From: a virus
Lineage: Duplodnaviria; Caudoviricetes
DNA: 28,618 nt
IMG/VR virus record: IMGVR_UViG_3300012952_000090
Span: 1-28,618 of that record
Strand: one strand, 5' to 3'
A program made the translations under genes and the position numbers. The notes under the pieces were generated by a model that was given only the letters and a program-made list of their open reading frames with translations, ran no database searches and was not told the DNA's origin. Positions 15,333 to 24,974 of the stretch are shown here, piece by piece; the stretch's first letter is position 1; each line of letters opens with the position of its first letter.

Positions 15333-15955
15333 AATATAACCTCTCGATAGGAATTAAGCAAATACTGAACCTGTCGCGGCATGCTGCTATCTTCTCGGTT
15401 ACAATATCGATAGGCAACAATTATTTTTATAGCTTGTTTAAGTGCCTCCGGAACGTCTGACGCTGATCCGTACCCAGCAATAAACTTTATTTCTACCCCA
15501 TCTGCATTTCGGGTGAAGCTTGGCCATAACTTACCATCACGAAGTGTAATTTTACCTTTCTTCGGATTGGGTGCATTGTACGTCGTGACTTGATAATCGT
15601 TTGTTGAAATTATAGTCGCGACATCGTCATCTGAGTACGTTTTTATGTGTGTAATAGATTGTAATGGGCGTTTAGGTATTTCAATTTCGGATGCTTTGGT
15701 ATTTAAGTTTATAGGAGCCTGAATTATACCGTCAAACCAGTGATTATTATCTATGTTTGGGAATCTATCAAGATAACCCGTCCAAGTTTGATTGATTATG
15801 GCTAGTCCCGTATATTCCTCGACCTCTTGACGACTCGATGTTATGAGTGATGTGATATATGTATTATCTGAATTATTTTGTACTCTTAAATGGTCTTTGG
15901 CTTCGCCCAAAGTAATCGGCTCTGTAGTGGGTTTATCATTTAATTTTAATTTCAT
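15329..15955 (-). CDS. Head-tail adaptor (HK97 gp6 / phiE125 gp8-like)
   Basis: EPITLGEAKDHLRV, VEEYTG, FIAGYG..DVPEALKQAI and YCNRE motifs. Confidence 0.92.
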   Translation of the reverse strand: MKLKLNDKPTTEPITLGEAKDHLRVQNNSDNTYITSLITSSRQEVEEYTGLAIINQTWTGYLDRFPNIDNNHWFDGIIQAPINLNTKASEIEIPKRPLQSITHIKTYSDDDVATIISTNDYQVTTYNAPNPKKGKITLRDGKLWPSFTRNADGVEIKFIAGYGSASDVPEALKQAIKIIVAYRYCNREDSSMPRQVQYLLNSYREVIL

Positions 15956-18900
15956 TTTTTAAGAACCTCCAATTTTTGTACTTTCTCATTTAATTCTTTA
16001 ATCGACTCAATTAGGAGAGGAATCAAGCCACTATATCTCACCCTCAAATGTCCATCATCCCCATAATCAACAACCTCGGGGCAAACCTCCAGAAGCTCTT
16101 GCGCCATTATACCCCAAGATTTTTCTTTAATTTGTGCTTTAAGGTTTTCAATTCGTTCGTCATATTCTTTTTGATATTCCTCATCACTGACCGACCCCAC
16201 GGTAAATTCATTGCCATTGTCGTCAAATTGAGTATGTAATCGATCATGCTGTTCGCCGGGTACAGCAATATCATCAATTCGTTTTTTTATTTCGTTTTGT
16301 TCATGCTCCGATGACCAATGAAACGTGTACCCATTAATTTGATCTAATTTATCTAAGGCGTTATCGATTACCTTTAGATCTTTTTTCAAATCGATGTCAG
16401 AGTAAGTCGAAAAATAATGATTATAAAAACTTAAATCTGTATTTCCGTATCGTAATTTGGTGACCTTAACTGTGCCATTTACTGATAATGTTGTTGCTAT
16501 TGAACTGCCAGTATAGCCAATACCGATTTTTCCGTCTGATTTTATTTCCAATTTCGTGGCGTTGCCAATCCGCAACGCCATCGCTTGACCCGCTTTTGCA
16601 TTAACCAAAGTACGACCATCGGCCTTTTGCATTATTGCATATGCCCCAGACGTATTCCGACATTCTTCGTGACATATCCCCGCCCAATCGTCATACGTCG
16701 ACATTTCGCCTATTGCTAGTCTTTGTGAATAATTAGCATCCGAACTGCCTATTTTACAATCAACTTCAATGTCAAAAACAGTCTCTTTTAACGTCATTTT
16801 TTTAATGAGGTCAGCCCCACCGCTCGTTCCTGATGGCGCTACATAAAAGTCCAACCGTCCGCCCCATGCCGCACCGTCATCAGCCCCGGCTATACCGGCT
16901 AAATTATACTCGCCACTGTTGGGATTAGACCCGCTATTGTGTTGGTTAGTCCATCGTATAAACGCCCCTGAGTTTGATGAGGCAAAATCGCCCTGAATAC
17001 GCAACGCCTCGCACGTTTCGTTGGGCGGTGCGCCTGATGGCACATATATATGTAATGGTGCTTGTGCGTTTCCCAGTGTATTTATGCCTACATTTGTCGA
17101 AAATTTAAAATGATTCGATGTGATTCTCGCTTTTTCATTTTGGCTACCACCTACGTAAAATCGTACTGATTGATTGCCCTTCGAGTTAATACGGGTCATA
17201 CCGTTACCATCTTGAGCTACGGCATAATCAGTGGCGGAATTAAAATCCGAATGAGATATGCCTGCAACGCCAGTAAGAGACGTTATCTTCCCGATATGAC
17301 AATCGCCGAAGGAGGAACTATCGGCTGTTGTTTGTATAGCAAATGAACCACTTAAATTCCCACTCGAATTGAAATTAGCTAACTGCTTCCAAGCGCCGTC
17401 CAACCGCGCATCAATGGTTTTAGTTGTATCGTTATACAGAATAGCCCCGGCATAGCTAACCCCGTTCCGTCCTGAAGTAGTATATAAACCCAACCCCAGA
17501 TACCCTTTTATATGTAAGGCCCCTGTATCAGATGCTAATGACATCAGGCACTGGTCATATGAACTGGGAACATCCCGTTCCCATAAAAACCCACGTGTCG
17601 AAGAACCCGACGCACGCATCCGAATGTGCCATCCCGTGCGCCCATCTAATGAACTACAAGCGGCTCCACCCGCCATGGACCGTGTACCGCTAGCTTGAGC
17701 AAGGTAGGTACCCCATCCATCGTTATTATACGAATAATATCGCAGCCCAACAGTGGTTCCACCGTCCACGCCACCTTGAAGCCCAATAAGACCCGAGTAC
17801 ATCGTGCAATGACCTTGAAACGTGGTTGTTCCAAGAACAGTGTTATTAGTACTTAAATCGAAAGCATTGGTCGGAAACGAAACCAACGACCCATTCTTTC
17901 TCAAGTCACCCGTATAGTTGATATCCCCGTCACAATCAATTTCGTAGGTTGGCGATCCAGTGGACACCCCCACTTGTATTTTATTTGGAAATATCCAGTT
18001 ACCTGAAGTGATGCGACCGTCCACGGCATCCATACCACCATCATTATTAATATCTCTTTGAAACAAGAAGTCTGATCCATTAGCGCCTAAAACATACGAG
18101 GATGTTTGGTCACTATCATTAAACTCAATACCGGGCTTGTCTGAACGTAATTTGATTGTTTTATAATCCACGTCATTAAAAAATGAGGTGATGCCAGATG
18201 AACTGATTGAGATACGGTTATTCGTTCCTAAACTATCCGAGTTGGAAATTCTAAAAACATCGTTAGAATCCGACCCCACAGACCAGTAATTATTTTGAAA
18301 ACTAAAGTAGATGCTTTTGTCTTTTGATGTAGAGGTGCTTTCAACTTCAATGCGAGCATGATCACTTGATTTAATATGTAACATTTCGCCTGGTGTTTGA
18401 GCACCAATACCGACTTTCCCTGCATTATATATACCCCCGGTGACGGTAGACCATAATGAGGAACCGCCCCCAGAATTAGCATCAACGTAGGCTTTGATTG
18501 ATTGTTGTGAGGCTGCTTTAGTTGCTGAGTTTGATGCCATATTGTCTTCATCTAATAAGTCACTACTAATTGAATAATTATTTGCACTTGAATCGATATT
18601 ATCTAGCTTGCTTTTTAAAGCATTAGTAAAGTTATTTTGGCTTAATTGGCCATCCTGCACAGAATAGGTAGTATTAGTGTAATTACTGGCATGAATCGTC
18701 CCAGCATTACTTCCTGTCCAGTCGATTATTTGGTTTCCGCTAGGAATTGTAGGTTTATTTTCAATAAAAGCTAAGGAATTGCTGTCTGTCTCATTCCAAT
18801 CGCTTTGAACTCCACCCGTTCCTGTTGATGCTGCTGTAATTCGTCCCTTTGCGTCGACTGTGACGTTCGCCGTTGTGTAACTTCCTGCCGTTACGCCACT

Positions 18901-19017
18901 GTCAGGCAAACAATTATCATCAATAGTATTGCCTGAACCGCCTGCGATTCTTTTGGCGTCAACCATGTCAAAATCGCCGTAGGGAACTATTTTATCTGAT
19001 AGGGAGATTCCAGTCAT
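15952..19017 (-). CDS. Long fibre protein with C-terminal S74 chaperone, encoded in the head module
   Basis: VTAGSYTTANVTVDAKGRITAAS, QSDWNE...FIENKP and GKVGIG...LHI repeats; YSDIDLKKDL, INGYTFHW, GIMAQE and VRYSGLIPLLIESIKEL chaperone motifs. Confidence 0.85.
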   Translation of the reverse strand: MTGISLSDKIVPYGDFDMVDAKRIAGGSGNTIDDNCLPDSGVTAGSYTTANVTVDAKGRITAASTGTGGVQSDWNETDSNSLAFIENKPTIPSGNQIIDWTGSNAGTIHASNYTNTTYSVQDGQLSQNNFTNALKSKLDNIDSSANNYSISSDLLDEDNMASNSATKAASQQSIKAYVDANSGGGSSLWSTVTGGIYNAGKVGIGAQTPGEMLHIKSSDHARIEVESTSTSKDKSIYFSFQNNYWSVGSDSNDVFRISNSDSLGTNNRISISSSGITSFFNDVDYKTIKLRSDKPGIEFNDSDQTSSYVLGANGSDFLFQRDINNDGGMDAVDGRITSGNWIFPNKIQVGVSTGSPTYEIDCDGDINYTGDLRKNGSLVSFPTNAFDLSTNNTVLGTTTFQGHCTMYSGLIGLQGGVDGGTTVGLRYYSYNNDGWGTYLAQASGTRSMAGGAACSSLDGRTGWHIRMRASGSSTRGFLWERDVPSSYDQCLMSLASDTGALHIKGYLGLGLYTTSGRNGVSYAGAILYNDTTKTIDARLDGAWKQLANFNSSGNLSGSFAIQTTADSSSFGDCHIGKITSLTGVAGISHSDFNSATDYAVAQDGNGMTRINSKGNQSVRFYVGGSQNEKARITSNHFKFSTNVGINTLGNAQAPLHIYVPSGAPPNETCEALRIQGDFASSNSGAFIRWTNQHNSGSNPNSGEYNLAGIAGADDGAAWGGRLDFYVAPSGTSGGADLIKKMTLKETVFDIEVDCKIGSSDANYSQRLAIGEMSTYDDWAGICHEECRNTSGAYAIMQKADGRTLVNAKAGQAMALRIGNATKLEIKSDGKIGIGYTGSSIATTLSVNGTVKVTKLRYGNTDLSFYNHYFSTYSDIDLKKDLKVIDNALDKLDQINGYTFHWSSEHEQNEIKKRIDDIAVPGEQHDRLHTQFDDNGNEFTVGSVSDEEYQKEYDERIENLKAQIKEKSWGIMAQELLEVCPEVVDYGDDGHLRVRYSGLIPLLIESIKELNEKVQKLEVLKK

Positions 19018-19019
19018 AA

Positions 19020-20750
19020 TTAATTCGACCTCACTGTTATTGTTGTATTTGAGCCTAATTGCTGATTAGTTGCATACACATAATAGTTTTGTGTTACGCC
19101 GTATATATTGGTCACACTTACTGTTTCTGGGCTACCTGCACTCATGCCTATACCAAACCCAGTGCCTACATCGGTGAATGTTAATGAACCTGCCCCGCTT
19201 AGGTTCGTAGGTAGAGCAATCGAAAAATATTGGTGTGTTGCTGAAGTTTGTACGGCATTCCAAGTTTGGGTTGCATCACTCGTTAGTACACCATTATCTA
19301 AACCTTCTATATCAGCTTCAGTAAAAGAACTATTTTTATTACATTTTCCGTAATAGACCTTTAATGCCCCACTATGTGCAGACGTACTTGTAACGAGGCT
19401 ATGAGTGCCTGTAACTAAAGCGTCTGAACGGTAGGTCTCATATGCTTCTGTATATCCGTTTGGGTTCTGAACATTAATCGTTCCATTCTGTTTTGTAAAA
19501 GCCATTAATTCACCGTTATACTTCCAACCTGATGAATTATAATCAGTTAATCGTGATGGGACGACAACGTAAATGTACTCGTTACTTACACCAGAATACG
19601 AAAATGTACGTGTATGATCATTATTAATTATATTTGAATCCAACCCTTTAATTGATGCTTGATCTGCTAGTGACGTTGAGCTACTAGCACCATAATAGAT
19701 TTGATTTTTGTATGATAATGCGGAGGTTGATGTCTGTAATGTAGCGTTAGCCATGCCTGCTATCGTGCTACGGTACACCTTATAATCCTCAGTAAAACCG
19801 GCACTATTGGTAACTGAAACGGTTGTTGGTGCCTCAAAACCGGATAAGTAGGAATTATAATAAAACCCTCTACTTGAATGTAGTGTTGTGTAGGATGATG
19901 GGTGTGCGAAAATAATATAGGTGTTAGTTGTCGTACCTGTGATTGCCTCGCTTCTGGTATGATCTGAGGATAAATCCGTTCCACTTAGACCAACGATATC
20001 TGAACTTGTATATCCACTGGCCTTAGTTGTTCGACCATGTTTTATGTTGTTTTGAAATGTAATTAATGATTCTGTTGATGTCTCATTATCGGCCGTTAAT
20101 TTAAATCGCACAGTCCCACCTCGACTTGAAGGATAAGGGACTGCAACCGTATTAGTAAATGATGAACCGGTATTAGAAGCGACCTGTAAATCGGGGTTGG
20201 CTGATATTTCGGTAACTATAGCACTGGTTGGAGGCCCATTATTATAAGCACAAGAAAACGTTATCGCACCTGTAGCCTTCCATGTGCCAGACCCAATTAA
20301 AACGGTGGTTAAAGAAATATTATCGCTAAATGAAGCGATACTAAATGTCAGGTCAATATAGTTATCATATTCTGAAAACCAAATTTTATTCGTACCCATC
20401 CAAAATAACCGGCCATTGTTTTCATTCAAAAGAAAAGACGAAGAACTAAAATCATTTGCATTCGTCGGATCAGAGGTTATTATGGATAGATGCTTATTAA
20501 TTGAACCCTCATCAATATCATCCAAATTATCGTGGTCACGCGACAAATATTCCCACGAGGACCCATTCGATTTATAAAAGCCGGCTTGATTGTCACCAAC
20601 CGTCGCCAAAACTAAATAAATCTGATTGTTGTTTTCGGATGAAGCCGTGGGAAGGTTGGCGTAATTAGACGACTCACCATCATAACTTTTTGATGCATCT
20701 ACTGCCCCCCCACCTGATGAAGATAAAGATGTCAAAAAAGAGTGTAACAT
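19020..20750 (-). CDS. Ser/Thr-rich virion protein with three tandem beta-rich domains
   Basis: Three ~115-aa repeats ending in N..G.T..Y..Y. ATG 20750 has a GAGGG RBS and a TAATG overlap with the upstream gene. Confidence 0.7.
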   Translation of the reverse strand: MLHSFLTSLSSSGGGAVDASKSYDGESSNYANLPTASSENNNQIYLVLATVGDNQAGFYKSNGSSWEYLSRDHDNLDDIDEGSINKHLSIITSDPTNANDFSSSSFLLNENNGRLFWMGTNKIWFSEYDNYIDLTFSIASFSDNISLTTVLIGSGTWKATGAITFSCAYNNGPPTSAIVTEISANPDLQVASNTGSSFTNTVAVPYPSSRGGTVRFKLTADNETSTESLITFQNNIKHGRTTKASGYTSSDIVGLSGTDLSSDHTRSEAITGTTTNTYIIFAHPSSYTTLHSSRGFYYNSYLSGFEAPTTVSVTNSAGFTEDYKVYRSTIAGMANATLQTSTSALSYKNQIYYGASSSTSLADQASIKGLDSNIINNDHTRTFSYSGVSNEYIYVVVPSRLTDYNSSGWKYNGELMAFTKQNGTINVQNPNGYTEAYETYRSDALVTGTHSLVTSTSAHSGALKVYYGKCNKNSSFTEADIEGLDNGVLTSDATQTWNAVQTSATHQYFSIALPTNLSGAGSLTFTDVGTGFGIGMSAGSPETVSVTNIYGVTQNYYVYATNQQLGSNTTITVRSN

Positions 20751-21121
20751 TATAACGCCCTCGATATAACATAAATTGTACAATCCTGGCCTGATTGAGT
20801 TTCATCAGATTGCACTTTGATTTTTTGGATAGGCAATAAATCGGACGGTGAAAAACTGTAATAGCGCGTCCCACTTTCTGTGCTTTTCGTCAATTCAAAG
20901 TCAGCCCCTAAGGTATTACACACAATAATATAATTACTTGGATCGGCTTTCCTGGCAGCTAAAATCTTAAGTTTGGAACCTGTTAATGTGTCGGGTATCA
21001 CAAAACCCACTACCGTTTGCCCGTGTGTGTTGAGTTCGGTGGATAATGATAAGCCTGTGGGTATTGTAAGATGTTGGTCATCAACTAAATTTGGTAACCA
21101 CTCAGCCGCATTGTTACCCAT
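20750..21121 (-). CDS. Small beta-rich virion protein, candidate spike base
   Basis: TIPTGLSLS...VVGFVIP..LTG...KIKVQS pattern. ATG 21121 follows GAGGT. Function is inferred. Confidence 0.5.
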   Translation of the reverse strand: MGNNAAEWLPNLVDDQHLTIPTGLSLSTELNTHGQTVVGFVIPDTLTGSKLKILAARKADPSNYIIVCNTLGADFELTKSTESGTRYYSFSPSDLLPIQKIKVQSDETQSGQDCTIYVISRAL

Positions 21122-21596
21122 ATTTGACCTCAATTATTTTACTAATATTATAAAATCCCATTGCTATTTTATTTCGTAATTTTTGAAATACTGACAAGGG
21201 TTGATCCACCCATATCAGATTATTAGTATTAGGGATTACTTTAACTGTTTTTTGCTTAAATTCTTTTAATGTATCTTTTGATTCACTTTTAAACTCTTGT
21301 ATTATTTTATCTGTTAAAGTTTTAATTTCTTCTTGCGAATGCAACTTGAATTCGTCTAATTTTTTTCTAAAATCGTTTACTAATTCCTCTGATAGGCTGA
21401 CACCTTTTTCGAGTGATGGAATCTCCGTAAAATTCTCTATCAGTTGAATATCCTCCCACGCTTTCCCATCATCTATAAAACTTTGTGCCAAATTTGTTGG
21501 AACGTTGTAAACGCATCCCCCTTTGAATTCAAAGATATCAATGCCGTTTGGTGACCCCTTTATATCTTTACAATTTTTATCAAATTTAATAAGCAT
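21114..21596 (-). CDS. Hypothetical protein with central coiled coil
   Basis: 160-aa ORF. The N-terminal G.VYNVP..LA...I..G.A motif resembles the adjacent 69-aa protein. Confidence 0.6.
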   Translation of the reverse strand: MLIKFDKNCKDIKGSPNGIDIFEFKGGCVYNVPTNLAQSFIDDGKAWEDIQLIENFTEIPSLEKGVSLSEELVNDFRKKLDEFKLHSQEEIKTLTDKIIQEFKSESKDTLKEFKQKTVKVIPNTNNLIWVDQPLSVFQKLRNKIAMGFYNISKIIEVKYG

Positions 21597-21597
21597 T

Positions 21598-21807
21598 TTA
21601 TTGTGTTTTTTTGGATATTTTTTTTTTAAATTTAACTGATAATTTTTTATTTTCTAAAACTAAATTCGCAACATCACGCTCAATTAAATGATCTGCAACC
21701 TCAGCCGGAACATCATATATACCTATGTTATAAATTAATGGCTCAGCCTGTGACTTAGAATTATCTGAAATGTTGTCAAACAAAACTTTGATTTTTTTTG
21801 TTCCCAT
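21598..21807 (-). CDS. Small hypothetical protein downstream of the capsid genes
   Basis: Strong GAGGAGG RBS; GIYDVPAEVADHLIERDVA followed by a lysine-rich tail. Confidence 0.7.
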   Translation of the reverse strand: MGTKKIKVLFDNISDNSKSQAEPLIYNIGIYDVPAEVADHLIERDVANLVLENKKLSVKFKKKISKKTQ

Positions 21808-21837
21808 TTTTGAAAAACCTCCTATTCATTATTAGAG

Positions 21838-21856
21838 AGGGGGGTGGTACCCCCCT
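21838..21856 (-). terminator. Hairpin after the capsid/decoration genes (leaky terminator or mRNA stabiliser)
   Basis: AGGGGGGT-GGT-ACCCCCCT with a poor U-tract. Confidence 0.55.
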
Positions 21857-21871
21857 ACTCAATCAAACCAC

Positions 21872-22282
21872 TTATGTCGTAGGTGCTGATAAAGGATGAC
21901 CCAGAATAGCCACCGCGCCCAAAGTTCCTCCACTTGAAGTCGAAGCTGACACAATGTTACATTTTACATATCGTTTAGACCCAACATAGCCTATAGATTT
22001 TGATGTGTTATCATCAGCTGCTACAAACGCGCTAGATGCCTCCGTATTAGTCAAATCTGCATCACCAACACTAGCAGCATCGGACAATCCGCTGTCGTCG
22101 CCCTCTTGGACGAGTGGTGTAAACGTTCCGTCAGTCACCGTACCCGATTGAATCACAAATAATACAGACTCGTACCCTGCTGTATCAATGATCACTCCGT
22201 TAGTTGTTGTGTCACTTGAAATTGATTGTGTGTTCAACGCAACCAAGCTTTTAGTTGTGCTTTTTAGTTCTTTTTTAGCCAT
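21872..22282 (-). CDS. Capsid decoration (cement) protein
   Basis: Directly after the major capsid gene, AGGAGG RBS; IDTAGYES..F, QEGDDSGLSDA and IGYVGSKRYV motifs. Confidence 0.7.
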   Translation of the reverse strand: MAKKELKSTTKSLVALNTQSISSDTTTNGVIIDTAGYESVLFVIQSGTVTDGTFTPLVQEGDDSGLSDAASVGDADLTNTEASSAFVAADDNTSKSIGYVGSKRYVKCNIVSASTSSGGTLGAVAILGHPLSAPTT

Positions 22283-22306
22283 TTTTTAAAACCTCCTTTT
22301 TAATTA

Positions 22307-23485
22307 TTATGATGCTATTTTCTGAATTTTGATTGCATCAAAATCAGTAACAGCGCCGCCCGTTCTTTTAGTCACTCGGTATTTAATTTGTCCCGGAGTG
22401 GTATAAGGATCGCGTAGAATGGCTGTTCCGGCTTTGTCTACAATCGTGTACCCTGCTCTAAAATCACCGTAAGCGATAGCTAATGCGTTACTTGCGATGG
22501 CAGGAATATCCGAAGCAAATACAACTGGTTTACCTAATAATGAAATTGGGCTACCTGCTCCTTGTTGGTTTCCACCAAAGAAATATACATCTGTACCTTT
22601 TAATTTCATTAACGATCCAAATGTTGAACGTGCCATCATAAATACTGCATTACCTTGATAAACCTCAAATAAACTATTCTGTAAGTCGATCAAACCATCA
22701 ACGGTTACTGCTGAAGCTGACCCAGAATTAACTTGCTCAAGACTATCAAAAGCGTACGAGGATGAACCGGCAGTGTAACTTAAAATACCCTTGGGTTGGC
22801 CAGATCCGGAACCTGTAATAAACGCTGTATTTTCTTCGCGCGTTAGCGTTCCTTGAGCTTCATTTAATAACTCCGTCTCGACTGAATTTACATCTGCTAA
22901 AAACTCCTCAGAAACAGGAGGCATGGCGTAGTGCTTATGAGCAAAAATACTAATTTTACTGTATTTCCCGGTATCCGTATTTGCATTAGATGCAAGCTCC
23001 CCTGTCCATCCCCCACTAGAAACTAAACCACTGCGAACATATTTGTCTAATTGATTGGCATTGGTTAAAGTTTTAGTCGTTGCTAATTGACGCAAAGGCG
23101 ACGTTTCAATAAATCTTTTACCGATTTCGGAATCAATTTCGGGGGAAACTAAAAAGCCACCGTCAGTATCAATTCTGGTTTGAAGCGCTTTTGATTCTAA
23201 TGCTGTTCGGTCATTTTTCAGTATATAGTTTTTCACAGCGGTATTATAAGCATCAGATTTAGTATCTATTTCTTTTACGCCTTGATTAGCTACTGCACTT
23301 AATTTTTGTACCTTTTCAGCTAGGCAGCTAACTTCACTTGTGATCCGATCTGCTTTTTCCTCAAGTTCGCCTTGTGCTTTACCTTGTTTTTCAATTTGTT
23401 CAAAACGTTGCTCGTTTGTTTCTTTAAGCTGATGAACTGCTGATTTAATTTGGTCAACAATTTCATTTTTTTTATCTTCTGACAT
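22307..23485 (-). CDS. HK97-family major capsid protein
   Basis: N-terminal coiled-coil delta domain, DGGFLVSPE, SPLRQLA, AFITGSGSGQPKGIL, LLGKPV, YGDF, RDPY and KRTGG motifs. Confidence 0.97.
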   Translation of the reverse strand: MSEDKKNEIVDQIKSAVHQLKETNEQRFEQIEKQGKAQGELEEKADRITSEVSCLAEKVQKLSAVANQGVKEIDTKSDAYNTAVKNYILKNDRTALESKALQTRIDTDGGFLVSPEIDSEIGKRFIETSPLRQLATTKTLTNANQLDKYVRSGLVSSGGWTGELASNANTDTGKYSKISIFAHKHYAMPPVSEEFLADVNSVETELLNEAQGTLTREENTAFITGSGSGQPKGILSYTAGSSSYAFDSLEQVNSGSASAVTVDGLIDLQNSLFEVYQGNAVFMMARSTFGSLMKLKGTDVYFFGGNQQGAGSPISLLGKPVVFASDIPAIASNALAIAYGDFRAGYTIVDKAGTAILRDPYTTPGQIKYRVTKRTGGAVTDFDAIKIQKIAS

Positions 23486-24150
23486 TATTTTGCTCCTTCA
23501 AAAATATTAAGTATTTGTTTTAATTCTTCTTCTTCACTTGCGGATTTTTGATCAGCGTCTCGCCGATTGAGTTCAGTAATCCCCCCTGAAAGAAGCCGTT
23601 TAGCTTCATTCCTAGAAAGTCCGGCGTCACGCAGGATATGTTCTAAGTCTCTAACACTAATTATAGCATCGTTTCTACAAAGCTTTTTAATCTGCACCAG
23701 AGTCGCTTGAGGGTTAGCAGGAAACGTGACAAATGAGATTTCTGGAAGCGTTGAGATTTCTTTAATTGTGCGTAAATTTGTTTTCTTGTTGATCTCATAC
23801 TCGCCAATAGTGAAACCAATTGACATTGAGTCGATTGCCCCTTCCTTAGTCTCTGTGTAGGCATCTCTGCCTTTAGTTGTGTCAATAAAACGCCCATTTA
23901 CTAATAACCCCCTTTCATCTTCATTTAAGTTTTCAATTACACCAACAACCTCTTTATAATTGTGTTGGTATAATAATTTCGGATACTTCTTATTAATTTC
24001 TGCTTTTTCGATAACGCCTTTATAAGCTCCTTTTTCGATACGATCATTAACAAGATCAACATCAAAAGTACTACCATAAGCGACAAAGGACATATCTTTT
24101 TCTGATAATTCTTTAACCTCCATTCCAAAATTTAATATTTCTTTATTCAT
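23485..24150 (-). CDS. HK97-family prohead protease
   Basis: AYGSTF, DRIEKGA, LLYQH, MSIGF and EISFVTFPANPQA motifs. Confidence 0.96.
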   Translation of the reverse strand: MNKEILNFGMEVKELSEKDMSFVAYGSTFDVDLVNDRIEKGAYKGVIEKAEINKKYPKLLYQHNYKEVVGVIENLNEDERGLLVNGRFIDTTKGRDAYTETKEGAIDSMSIGFTIGEYEINKKTNLRTIKEISTLPEISFVTFPANPQATLVQIKKLCRNDAIISVRDLEHILRDAGLSRNEAKRLLSGGITELNRRDADQKSASEEEELKQILNIFEGAK

Positions 24151-24974
24151 AAAATGCCTCCTTTTTTTTGTTTTCTACGGTACGTTTCCGTACACCTACA
24201 ATTAATTACATTACGCCCAGACGCGCTCGAATCATGTGGCCTCATCATTGCCTCGCCACCAACAATATACGCCTCATCCATATCACGTCTTTGTCCGTTT
24301 ACGGCTGCATGCCAAGGTCGAGTTCGTGCATCTTCTACACTGGCCCAGAACTTTTGTAATGGAAGCTCAATATCTTCAGACATAAATTTAGTGCTTGCTT
24401 GTTTTGCAAAACTCAACGCTGCAAACGATTCTGTATTGGCTATCATCATTGCCCGAGGTTTAGATATATTAGATGCTCGATCTTCTATGATCTTAGCTAT
24501 CTCTCTAGTAGATAAATTCTCTTCCTGACCCCGTTTTATAACTTGTTTAATCATTTTTTCTGTTGTTTGTGAAATATTTTTAGCTTTTTTAGATGCTTCG
24601 GCAATGATCCAATCTAATGCAAAAAACTGGAACCGTTCTTGAGCATCGTTTTTAATACTGTATTCTGTTTCAAAGTTTTTTTTTATATTCTGAAATTGAC
24701 GCTTAGCGCTTGCATCAACGGCATTTGAATACAATTGGAGTATCAATGCTCTTAATTCTTTATGGTGGTCTTGTATGTCGATATTAAGGCCTTGTCTGTG
24801 GTTTTTAGCTTGCTTGATCATCGCTCTGTATAATTTCATGGCAAATTTGGGTCGGTATTTGGATGCGATAAGATCAGCTAACCGATTGAATTTAACTTTT
24901 TCTCGTTCAGCCTCCCTCCTGTTATTCGCTATCATAAACAAGCTCTGCCTGGACTCTAGCTGATTTTTGGTCAT
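24147..24974 (-). CDS. Minor head protein (SPP1 gp7 / Mu gpF-like)
   Basis: RAMMIANTE, KFW...DARTRPWH...NGQ and INCRC motifs. Start uncertain (24974 or 24935). Confidence 0.9.
   Translation of the reverse strand: MTKNQLESRQSLFMIANNRREAEREKVKFNRLADLIASKYRPKFAMKLYRAMIKQAKNHRQGLNIDIQDHHKELRALILQLYSNAVDASAKRQFQNIKKNFETEYSIKNDAQERFQFFALDWIIAEASKKAKNISQTTEKMIKQVIKRGQEENLSTREIAKIIEDRASNISKPRAMMIANTESFAALSFAKQASTKFMSEDIELPLQKFWASVEDARTRPWHAAVNGQRRDMDEAYIVGGEAMMRPHDSSASGRNVINCRCTETYRRKQKKGGIL

Noticed and set aside
4708-19017. Tail-fibre inversion (shufflon) or diversity-generating retroelement involving the two fibre genes
   Set aside because: Both genes are co-oriented, I saw no shared DNA repeats or inverted cassettes by eye, and there is no reverse transcriptase in the window.
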